A stretch of 64,000 nt of DNA from Schizochytrium sp. TIO01 (taxonomy: Eukaryota; Protista; Bigyra: Labyrinthulomycetes). Positions 11,535 through 22,500 of the stretch are shown piece by piece. The DNA lies in the NCBI GenBank assembly GCA_004764695.1, contig SMSO01000004.1:1984001-2048000 (forward strand), written 5' to 3'. The position numbers were made by a program, and so were the translations under genes. Under the pieces are notes generated by a model. That model had not been told where the DNA came from. It saw nothing but the letters and a program-made list of their open reading frames with translations, and searched no databases. Every line of letters starts with the position of its first letter. Position 1 is the stretch's first letter.

Positions 11535-12332
11535 TTAATGCGATCGGCGACGCAAAGTGGTTGCAATTTGACCAACGTAGTCTGAAATGCGAGGGTAAAC
11601 ATGATAGAATACTTGCAATGCAGAATGCTCAACTGGAAACCTGGCAAGGTACCGCTCGTCCCTGCCCTTTCGAGTACGCAATACGTTGGCAAGAAGTGGA
11701 ATATAAGGAGTGGCATGATTCGTGACAGAGTGAAAGAGCGACTTATGAATGCGCACACGGGTTCCTTCGATCACATATTTCATTTTAATGCCGAGCTCGA
11801 CCCCGAGCTCGACAGTGATAAAGTGCTTTACAAGCTGGGCGAAACCGTCAAAGTCAAAATCTACATCTGTCTCAAATTGTACATGATGCGAGTTCTTCTT
11901 TGGTAGTTGTTTCGTACTGGCCTTGTTAGTCATGGCAATGTGATAGGCCTCGTTCACAAAATCGGAAAGATCAAGCGTAAAGCTTCCCACCACCTCATGC
12001 ATGGTTGTGTAACCTGGAACAGCCTCATAGTAAATACTCACCTGGAGACTGACACGAGGTGGGTTCTGGTGTTTCTTCAAAATTTCGTCTACACGCGAAG
12101 TGCTTGCTACAATGTTGACAGTTCGGAGCTGCTTGCGTTTTTTTGCAGGCTCAGCATTGCTCACGTTCCAGACACTAAGATCCATACTGGATGCGTACGC
12201 AAGTCCGTCTGCCTTTAGTGCCTTCATGATAGTCCCTTCACAAACAACGTCAGGTTTTGGTGACGTCACGGACTCCTCCTCTTCAGCAGCCTTGATCATT
12301 GTCTGATCGAGTTGTTCGTAACACAACGCCAT
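11535..12332 (-). CDS. Hypothetical protein, possibly with an N-terminal C2-like (NT-C2) beta-sandwich
   Basis: 265-aa ORF with protein-like composition and a good start context (accATGg). VSLQVSIYY...VVGSFTLDLSDFV resembles the C2/NT-C2 terminal strand motif; the family call is weak. Confidence 0.7.
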   Translation of the reverse strand: MALCYEQLDQTMIKAAEEEESVTSPKPDVVCEGTIMKALKADGLAYASSMDLSVWNVSNAEPAKKRKQLRTVNIVASTSRVDEILKKHQNPPRVSLQVSIYYEAVPGYTTMHEVVGSFTLDLSDFVNEAYHIAMTNKASTKQLPKKNSHHVQFETDVDFDFDGFAQLVKHFITVELGVELGIKMKYVIEGTRVRIHKSLFHSVTNHATPYIPLLANVLRTRKGRDERYLARFPVEHSALQVFYHVYPRISDYVGQIATTLRRRSH

Positions 12333-14842
12333 GGTCGGTAATGTTATGTGTTTGGTGATAACCTGACAGCGAGATGTTGTACAATCTCACTTCGCTGAAG
12401 GTGTAGTTTGGATTAATAACAACGTACCCTCTGGATTCCGGTCTGCTGTCCCCTTTTTAGATATCCTCCCAACGGAGAATTGACAAGTAAGCTTCTTTAG
12501 GACCCTAATTGATAGATCCTTGCTAAGTGTTAATTGCGCCTTTTCAACTCACGCCACGAGGCTGCTGATGATGACGCTAGCTTTCGTTTCTGAGTTGCAA
12601 GTCTTCGCCGAACGAATCTGCTAAGAATGGACGGCTGGAATTCACAGAGACGCCAAAAGCACAGAACCAATGCTCCAGCAGATGGGTTCCTCGTTGCCTA
12701 CAGAGAATATGATTTGATTGCCGCACGTGCACGCCAAAGGAACAGCTCTAAACACTTGAAGCCCCCGTGCCAAGCTTCCTCGTGGCACGTTTACACACGA
12801 CTTGGGCTCGCGAACTTTACAAAACGCTTGCCCTTAGAGCTGAGCTTTGCTGTCTACTTTGTTCTTCAAGGTAGAAGTCAGCTGAAGTTCGATGGTTGCT
12901 CAAGAAAGATAGCAGAACCTTGAACTCTAAGCTAACAGCTACCCTAAACAATACCAATGTAGCAATGTCTTAACTACAATCACTCAAGCAAGAAAGTTCG
13001 CTCGCTCGCTTGGTAAGGGCTTCCTTATCTCCAATGCAAGTAAAGCAACCAGCTGAACGTGCGAGTAAAAGATGTACGGGAGCAAAGACAGTTGAGATCT
13101 CGTGAAGCTGCTTCGTTCACGTGCGCGTGGAAAGAAGCGGAGGATCTCCAAAGATAAATACTTTTGCTTTTGCTTAATGATTCCTTCTTCTGTCCTCACG
13201 TCGCAGTCAGTCTTCAGAGTTGTGGCGATGCGACTGCGTATGTTGCGCGCTATTCGTTACTTGTCTCGTCTGTTCGTGTGCAAGGTGAAAAGAGATGGAC
13301 AGGCGTCTTTCTTCGATCCACACCGCTTGTGTTGAAAAAATGTCGGAATACTCAGGTTAGTGTTGGCCTACAGTAAACCCTAGCTCACCCCTATCTGGAA
13401 TCAAGCTACTCCTGCTCTCAAGCCGCTCCGGACACTATCGCTGCTTTCTTTGCTGCTTCTCTTCAACTTCAAGCTACTGCCCAGCAAAGACTGCACAGGC
13501 CCTCAGATGCCGAGTAGAAGGTTTGTTCGATTTGCTACTCAAGGCTTTGCCGAAGAAGCGCTTCACAGCCGCGTGCTAGCCTTGGCGAGCAAAAGTTCGG
13601 GCGACAGAATCAGCCGCTCGTTCGAAAGGAAGGAACCGACTGACTGACTAACTTGATTGAAGAGATTAGGAAAACAGCACACCCTTCTCCGCTGTCCTCA
13701 AGTGGCTTGCTCCTCTGCTCCACGGCACCTCAGTACCGGTGTATCTGCACAGTTCCACGTTCGCGTCGCAGTCCTCGTCTCCAGCCGCGGTCTTTGCTTG
13801 AGTCCTCCTCAAGCCTCGCTGTTTCCGCTTTGGTGGCCGCAACAACAACTCAAGTGAGCTCTACCCGAGAGATAGCCTACTCACTATTTAGTACTAGCAG
13901 AAACAATTCACAGCGCAACAAACCAAAACAAACAAACCAAACTAACAAATCCAGCCCGAAAGGAAAACAACGCGAGCACGCTCCAAGGCAGAGAAAGAGA
14001 GAGAGAAAGAATGACCTATGGAGCTAAATCTCCACGCAGGTGATGCTCCCCTTATCTGTATCGCGGCGGCTGTCTCCAGAGACTTGAGCACCCTCTGCCA
14101 AGCAGCAGCCGCAAGTAGCCGCAGGGCAAGGGCAAACAGCGGCTTATCGATGATTACGGCGGTGCTTTGATTTCCTTCTCCGCTTCTGCAGTTCTCCGCG
14201 TACACCTTTTCTAACGTATACTCTACCAGTGGTGTCGCGGTCGTGAGCCGTGCACGCGCCCTTCTTCCCCTTCCCTGTGTCTCTTATGGTAGCTAGCACT
14301 GCCTATCTATCAGCTAACAGCAGAATCAGCGTCGCCGATAGAGTTTATGTTAGGCAGCGCCTAGCGCAAGTACCCAAAAGACGGAACCTCCGCCCGCTAG
14401 CCCTCGCCTACCCTAAACAGTACCGCTACGCCGCCCTGCTAACAGATAGCAGGCAGCCGTAGAGAAAGAGGGAGAAGCAGAGAGCTGCTTCGTGGGTAGG
14501 ACTTATGTAGCAACAGCTAGGCCCTCCCGCAAAGGCGAAGAAGGCGGATGAGAGGTTCTTTGGGAAAGCTCCTTCGAGGGTTGGAAAGCTTGCGAATTGG
14601 AGGTCTGGGAAAGCGTGCGAGGCTGGCTGGCTGGCTGGCTGGCTCGCTTGGCCAGGCCGTGCACAGGCTGAGGCGGAGGCCCGGGTGACCGGCTGGGTGC
14701 CTTCCTTCGGGACGCTGGCAGCCTGGTTTTTCTCGAGTCGGTGTCTCCGGTCGCTGATTTCTGTGTTTGCTGCCTCGATTGCTCTTGTTTTGCACCTCTG
14801 AGTCCTCTATTGGAAAACAGGAAAACAGGAAAACAGTAAAAC

Positions 14843-14941
14843 AAATTCAAATTTCAAATTCAAAATTCAAAATTCAAAATTCAAAATTCCAAAATTCGAA
14901 GAGTTGAAAACATTCGAATATTTGAATATTTGGAATTTGAA
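14843..14941. repeat. (AAAATTC)-type imperfect tandem array within a GC-rich island
   Basis: aaattcaaatttcaaattcaaaattcaaaattcaaaattcaaaattccaaaattcgaa, followed by inverted copies (tttgaatatttggaatttgaaa). Confidence 0.8.
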
Positions 14942-17900
14942 AACATCATGCTGCGACTACTACTACCTACGCAACATACATGAAAGTTCTTGCAGCTTCT
15001 CGCTGGAACCGGCTTGGCCTGGGCCAGCCCGCCTGGCCGAGCGAGGCGGCCTGGCCCTGCCTGCTCCCGCTCCCAGCCCCTGCCTGCCTGCCTGCCTGCC
15101 TATCGAGCGACAGCGGAGTTGGTTGGTTGTTCTTCTCCTTCGGGAGCCTCTGCTTGACCCCTTTTCACACAAACCCAAAGTCCAAAATTCGTTCAAAAGC
15201 CTTCAGAATTCAAATTCAAAATTACTTTGAGAATTCAAAAATTACCGGAATGCGTCTCTCTCTCTCTCTCTTTCTCGTCTGAAAATCACGCGGATCAACT
15301 ATTTCAAAACTCGCATTGTGCTGATCTAAATCCTGTTTCGCAGACGCCGCTGCCACCTTCAGCCTCGACTGTTCTCCAGCGTTTTGCCAACTGCTGCGCT
15401 TGTGCTCTCGCCCTCGTGACTCCGCCTGGCCTCGCTCCGCTACACGATCCAGGTCCAGGCGGCCATCGCATACAAATGCTCGATACGGGGTATCGATGCA
15501 GATTCAAGTCCTTGGAATCCCATCCTATTCGCACGGCGAGGCGTGCCGCGACAATGATGGATTGGTCGTCCGTCAGTCCAGGCCGACGCAGCGTGGCGCC
15601 CGCCTTCCAGCATCCCTTCAAGCGTAAGGAAGGCGAGCTCGACCAAGACTTGATTTGCAGGAACTCCAGGTTTGGAGAGTAAGTGAGATAGCTTCATTCC
15701 TCAAGTTTCATTCCGAGCGACATCAGAACTCTTGAAATGTCAGACAAAGCCAGAGCCAAAGTCGAAGCTGGCTGTTCTCGAGCCCAGACAGGGCCCGCCC
15801 CCCCCCTTCACATCTGCGTCAGTACCCCGTGCCACGCAGATTCTTCGTGTGGCTTCCGAAGTCTCTGGATTTGCAAAGTTTCAACTTGAACTCAAACTTG
15901 AACTTCCTTTCAACAAACACTCCACTTCGCGCAATCAGGCCTGACCCACTACTTACCGGACACCACGCATACCTAGGATATCCTCGCTTTGCTACGCCTG
16001 TGCGACGACATCACTTCCACTCTTGCAGAGCCGGTTACCAAGCAAAGTACATAACCAATCGCGGCTCAAGGCTGAGTGCGAGTATTACTGGAATACAAAC
16101 AGATTCTCCATGACGTCGAGAGCTGGATGCGCAACCCATTTTGATTCGCAAAGGGACTGAAGAAAACACGAGAGTTGAAGGAGGCAAAGACGCCGCCTCG
16201 AGCTGGTTGGCACTACTTTGGGCGCATGTCCTGAGAGTAGCGGCATCTTTTGTTCAGGCAAGAGGCTCTCTGGGGTGACCAACCTCGTGCTGCTATCCTC
16301 CTTTACGGGTTACTCACTACCGCAGGTATCCTTGCCAGCCCGAGACTGCTGTTTCTGCAGCCAGCTCCAACTCGCGCCAGACGAGAAACGCCTAGTCCCT
16401 TAAAGCGAATCAGGTGGGTTGTAGAGCTTAGCAGACACGATGTCAGCATCAGCTATGTAGTTCAAGGAATGTTCAATGTCAGGTATGAACAGAGGGCGTT
16501 TCGAGCTGGGCCTGCACGATAACTTGTGCGATTGCCGAGCAGGCCGATTACCAGCTCAGGCGGTAGACAGAAAGCTCTGGATCGAGCTGGGCCCTTGAAA
16601 TATGGTTTTATGCAAATTGGGTGACCGTGTGCACGTCAAATAATGGCTTGGGCGCGTTCGACTGTCTCGCTGCGCCCAAATGGGTCCAGGGGAAAGGGTT
16701 GGAGGAGCAAGCTATGATATTCTTGTTCTTTTTGCATGTTCTTTTTCTTAGTAGTGTTTTGGAAAAAGTTTTTTCTCCTTCTTCTTTTCTTCAGCTTTCA
16801 AGCCTAGCTGGGAAAATAGTTTGCAAATGCGATTCTTGGGACATCGCTTCAGGATATTAGAAGTTTCTTTCCTCCATTATCCTAGGTCGAGCTCTATTCG
16901 CTACTTTCAGATAGTAACGCTGATCGAGTTTGTATGTCCTGGTACTTCGTCAAGATTGTAATGGTAATGCAGTCCGGCAGGTAGACAATCTAAAAGTGAG
17001 CAAAAGAAGAGGAAAGAGGAAAAGAAAAGAAAAAATGAGAAATAGTGCTCACGCGATCAGGGTGTCGAGAGAGCACTTCAATAGTGCGCCGCATATCAAA
17101 GGCAAAAGAGTGTTCTCAACGGTGGTTACTGTCGAGAATGAATCAGTCACGGTGCAGGCAGAAATCAAATCACTGGCTGCGACACTATGCCAGCTGTTGA
17201 GCAACCATCCATCGCATCGACCTTTTCAATGCATGAAGTGTAGGTTTGCATCATGGCCCGGACGCACCACCTTCTACTAGAGCCTACTACTAATCAACAA
17301 GTGAAAGAAGTGAAAATTAAAGTGATCCGCAGATTTAAAAAAGGAAAATGAAATGAAATAAAGCGCCTACCTGGTTGGGCTACTCAGGCTGAGAAGACAG
17401 GCAGCTAGCACCTGATAGTACCCGATGCACTTCATGAAATGTAATGTATTGTCTTCATCATCAGATGGAGGCGCGGACAATGGAAAAAATCAACCTAGTT
17501 TGATATGCCTTTTCAAGGTGGTGTGTATTGGCACGATCACAAAGTACCAGGTACTTTTCAAATGGGCCGACGACCTCTCTGACATTGGACACGAGCGCCC
17601 ACACGATGTTCCAAAGACTCGAAAGCTCGAAGCTTTCAAGACAAGTAACCAAGACCTGGTAGTTAGTTGTGCGACTTCTGCTACAAAGGAATTCATGAAT
17701 GATACAAATATGTAATTGAGAGATATACTATGCTAGAAAATGAAAGGAAGACATGGGCCACTGGTATTTTTAAGTCCACGATAGTGACCTTGAGGGTTCA
17801 ATTGGGAATGCAAGAACCTGGCACCTCTGTATACCAAAGCTGCCTTAATCGTGCCAAGCAAAACCATTGCCAAAAAAAAAAATCTCCAAAAGCGGTCAGT

Positions 17901-18187
17901 TCTTACTTCAGGTACATGCAACGAAGTTTTGAAGTGGGGTAATTTTTAGAATTGGCCTTGCTTCTATGCTGCGCGCGGGATTTGTCCTTGCAAATATGAT
18001 GGTTGAGAGACGTGTTCTACACTCTGTGTAGTGGTGGAGGGAAATAAAACTTCCCAGTATGTTTATTTGTCTTCGCTAGTTCTGGTCCAAACGGGATTCC
18101 AGGGTGGTGCAATAATGAGAAAAAAGATTGAGTCACCGAGAGAGTTAAATTGATCGCGTACCAGAGGAAGCACATTTCCACCGTAAT

Positions 18188-19588
18188 TTACAATTTTCGG
18201 TATCCTTGCTCAACAGGCTCTGGTCTGGGTTTTGGCGTCATAAAAAAGCGCCCGAGCAAAAGTCCGATGAATAGAACCAAAATATGAGACAACACCCCAC
18301 CTGTTATCATATCCGAAGCAATTCCCACTAATGGAGACGGTGTGAACTTGATTGCGCTAGGGCAAAGCTCAACCATAGACATGGGGCAGCTCTTCACGAG
18401 GTGCATCGTACGAAATTCGTTTGATGGGACAGAGCCACGAAAGCCTCCAGAGGCCCATGTGGATGAGGAATGGGTCACGTTGTTGTCCACCACAAAAGTG
18501 TTGCCCGAGATACTAGTATAATCTGGCGTTAAAAGATGCAAGATCATGTCTCCCAAGTCTCGAGGATCGATAGGGGGCCACAAGTGGCTGCCGTACTTCA
18601 GTGGAAGTCGCGGATCCGTAGATTTCACGTCTTCACAAGGACACCCCAATCCAGTGCCGCCATCGGGACATGTGCCATCCTCAATGATTGTCTTTTCCTT
18701 AGTATCATGCGCGTAGCACTGGTAAGTTTGCATGGCATCAATTTGCTCGAGTTCTGTACCGTTCTTGGTCAGCTTGGATCCGCGCACCTGGTTCCAAGTA
18801 AGCGGTGTATTGACAAGGCCTGGGGCTACAACATTTGCACTGAGTTGACCCTCATAAAACGCTGCAAGAGAGCGAGTCATGCTTACAATGCCGCTTTTGC
18901 TGATTCCGTACAAGTCACAACCTGGGCACGGCATGAGCGCTTCTTCTGAACTGAGGTGTACAAGCCGAGGTATAAAGCCGGGGCCTGACTCATCGCCAGT
19001 AAGTTTCCACATGCGGAGAGCCTCCGCGCTGATGTACATGGACCCGTACAAGTTATTCAAGACCGGGTCGAACTTGGAGTTAAAAACATCATCAGGGATA
19101 TCACCCAGAGAGACGCCAATGTAGCCAGCAATGCCGGCAGTGTTAATCACAGCGTGTACGGGCTCCCTTGCCGCAGCCGCTTGCAGCGTCTCTGCGACCT
19201 GCTCACGTTTCCAGATATTCGCTCTTGAAATATCAATTTTGGCATTGGCATTGTCGCAGTGATCACGGTTTTGGCCAACCTCTTGTAGAACTTTTTGTGC
19301 AGCTAAAAGTTGCTGTTCATTTTGTGCTACAAGCAGGACACGATCGGCACATTCTTGAATTGCCATCGCCGCCGTCGCGAAGCCAATGCCACTGCTACCA
19401 CCAAAGACGACCACATGCATTCCGCGGGCACGTTCGCCTGCATGGCCTTCCGTCACAAATCTGAGCGTGTCAGGGATATCTTGGTCGTCTCCATTCCTCA
19501 CTTGCGTATCTTCAAAGCTCGTCAAGGCTTCATTCACTCCGCCTCCGTCGCCTTTGCCGTCGTGGGCAATACCGACTTCGCCGCTCAT
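18188..19588 (-). CDS. Short-chain dehydrogenase/reductase (classical SDR) with C-terminal TM anchor; N-terminus resembles 3-ketodihydrosphingosine reductase
   Basis: 466 aa with a gccaccATG start. Rossmann motif HVVVFGGSSGIG, INTAG (NNAG motif), catalytic S (HLSS) and YGISK (YxxxK), then NVVAPGLVNTPL. Hydrophobic helix VLSHILVLFIGLLLGRFFM near the C-terminus. Confidence 0.9.
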   Translation of the reverse strand: MSGEVGIAHDGKGDGGGVNEALTSFEDTQVRNGDDQDIPDTLRFVTEGHAGERARGMHVVVFGGSSGIGFATAAMAIQECADRVLLVAQNEQQLLAAQKVLQEVGQNRDHCDNANAKIDISRANIWKREQVAETLQAAAAREPVHAVINTAGIAGYIGVSLGDIPDDVFNSKFDPVLNNLYGSMYISAEALRMWKLTGDESGPGFIPRLVHLSSEEALMPCPGCDLYGISKSGIVSMTRSLAAFYEGQLSANVVAPGLVNTPLTWNQVRGSKLTKNGTELEQIDAMQTYQCYAHDTKEKTIIEDGTCPDGGTGLGCPCEDVKSTDPRLPLKYGSHLWPPIDPRDLGDMILHLLTPDYTSISGNTFVVDNNVTHSSSTWASGGFRGSVPSNEFRTMHLVKSCPMSMVELCPSAIKFTPSPLVGIASDMITGGVLSHILVLFIGLLLGRFFMTPKPRPEPVEQGYRKL

Positions 19589-22500
19589 GGTGGCAAGAGC
19601 AGCACAAGCGGGCCACTCTTTGACTAGGGACTTCTAGCAAATCAGATGAATTAAAATCACCAAGCCCCGTCGCAACACTGAGAGGGGGCAGAGGGGGCGG
19701 CACGCCGAAAGTAGTCTTGAATACGAATTGATTGCCTTTGCCTCGCTTTGACATCGATTTCTTCTCCAATTTCCTTCTTTCTTTTTCTTCTCTCTTCTAA
19801 TACTTGTCTTAATCATTTAGTTAGCGAGAGTTCTAGGAGTACAATGCAGCACTCTTTTCTTTTTCTGTTTCGCCTCAGGGCACTTGAGGAAGCACTGGGA
19901 ATAGTAGGACAGAGCTTTTAGAGCCTGCCGAGGCTAAAATAGCAACTGCATCACGACCATTACGAGGATCAACCTGTTTTTCAAAGTCTTCAAACATGCC
20001 AGACAGAGAGCGCTCGACATTCTTCTAGTCGTTGGCTGCGAAGTCCTTGTCAATTGATGAATCCTTGCAGGAACCTGCCGCAACAAGCCAGCACTTTATA
20101 ATTACCTTATTTACTAAGTAGTCAAGTAGACAAGCCTAACCGCAAATTAACTTATTCGAAGCGCCCCCGAAGCTAGGTAGAGTTCTTCACGTGAAAACGA
20201 AGTGAAAACATTTCCATACCTGTCTCAATGTCTTAGGTAGATCTTCTGCCAAGGTTTCACGCTTGGTCCGGGGTGGTATCGAAGGCACAATGGTGCTGAA
20301 AACGCTTCAGTCAGACTCGAGAATATAAAGCGTTCTGGGCGTTTCTAGTAGGCGATGTCCGGCTTTAAGTGTGAGCTAGATCGAAACGATGCGTCTTAAT
20401 TACTAAGTGTGGTGACTTTCCTCCATTGATCCATTTGCCATCTGTTGTTTATAACGGTGGGGATTAAGATTTACGGATGAACCCTTAACTTTTATGTTTG
20501 AGCGCAGGGGCGTAGTAGGCAGGCAGTTAAACTCTTGACAACAACACAACTGCCGTAAGCGTTGTGATGTAGAGTATCCATCTGAAAAAAGACGAAAGTT
20601 TCTGTCCGAAACGGAGGTAACATTAGTGCCACTCCAGCCAAAGGTTTTGATGATATGAGACCTCTTGTTATGTACGTGAGTGATACGCCATCGAGAAGAA
20701 AGGTAGAAAAGAAGAGGAGGGAACCTGATTTTGTATCATTGATTGATAGATAGATAGGAGGGGAGCATGAGCTTGAATGATGACTTGACTCGACTTGAGC
20801 AACTGATTTGGTATGTCTCATGTGAGATACTTAATTTAAACTTGATTACAATATAAATTAGCTTGCGTTCTACCAACTTAAAAGTTGAAGTACATTACAA
20901 AACCCATCTCTTACTTTCTTGGAGCCTTGCGTTTGACAGAGGTCACGCGTTTCATTTTTTAAGGCAACAAGAATGAATTAAGAAGGGTGTTGTACTCTCA
21001 GCTTGGTATCTGATATTATTTCTTTATGAGAAAGTCGGATGAAATTCGCTTCTTCAGATATGCGTATCTTGTAGTCAATCACAAAACATAGTACAAACTC
21101 CAAGCATGGAAGTCGTATGAGTTCTTATAACTCAACGTGGATCATCGTCACTTGTAAATTTATCGATTTCACTCTAAGTGGGAAAAGTAATAAAAGTTCT
21201 ACATCAGGTCCTAAGGAGATAAGTACAACAATGAGTTTCTATGTTGGATGATTGTTGCAGATCATATTGTCAGAAAATGACACGCTCTATTTAAATTGAT
21301 GGCCTTCTTTTGCATCTTTGTTTTTATTAAGGTAGATGTAAATTAGAAAACAAATGTTGCGTACTTGCAGACTACTGTTGTACTCATTTTTCATTGCATC
21401 GATGATATTCTGTTGAAATATGAGGCGAAGTCAAATAGAAAGTACCTAGAAGACTTATAATATGCGGAACTGACTCACTCTGAGCTACGCAATTCCCTGG
21501 CACATGAACAGAATTCCACCGCTTAGTAGAGATATGTTGCAAACTTCCTAGTACTATCCCTAACGCACTTTTCAAAAAATACTATTAAGGGTACGATGGG
21601 CGGTCACCCCAGAGACGAGGCACATGAGAACATTTGTCAGCTAGTTTGACGGTTCGAAGAGCTTCTGCTCTTTCTAATTGCCCTCGGATGTGCTATGAAA
21701 ACACAAGTTCTTGAGATAGTGCATCTGTCATTCTTTCCATGAACGACATGTACCCTAAGAAAATTGGAACTTTTCGAATCTCAAAGATCCTTGACGACAT
21801 CAGCTTTATTTAGTAAGACATAATCGTCAGCACAAATATTTATACTGAGCAAGACAAATCGTTCTTCAGAGCTCCCATCAATATTTCAATAGATCGAAAG
21901 GTGTAAGTACATTGCAAGATAATAATGATCTCCAAACAATTTAAAATAAAATTATATAGCTTAGCCCTGTATTTATATTTAATTAAAAAAATATACAAGC
22001 CAAAAACTTAAATAAAATAGGAGTAGGAATGCAAAAAATTGCAACCTAGCTAGGAACCTTAGAACTTTTCTAAGAATAAATATTTAAAAGTAATTATTGG
22101 AATATTAGGCTTCTTTCTTTCTTTCTTTCTTTCTTTCTCTCTTTCTTGAAAACTTAGAATGGTCATGGAACACCGTGCGATGCGAAACGAAAGCTGCAGC
22201 GCGTGTGTAAATTTCAATGCGTCTTCAATATACGCCCGTCGAGTTTCTATTGGTGGATGAACGATGTAGATCCCTACGCTGCTGCAGCCAACCACTTAAA
22301 AAAAATCAGACTTAGTAAACGAGGGCTGGCGCACACCGCTCGGAATTGCTGGGAACGAGATCGCTGTCGAACCGCACTTGAGATTACAATCTATGGGTAA
22401 CATTGCGAGAGCTCTTGCAGTTTGTTTGAGCTCCACTTTTGCAGGAGTCGAGCAGTCTGCTGCATCAACTAATAATCCAAAAATTCTCTGGTGTCAAGCC

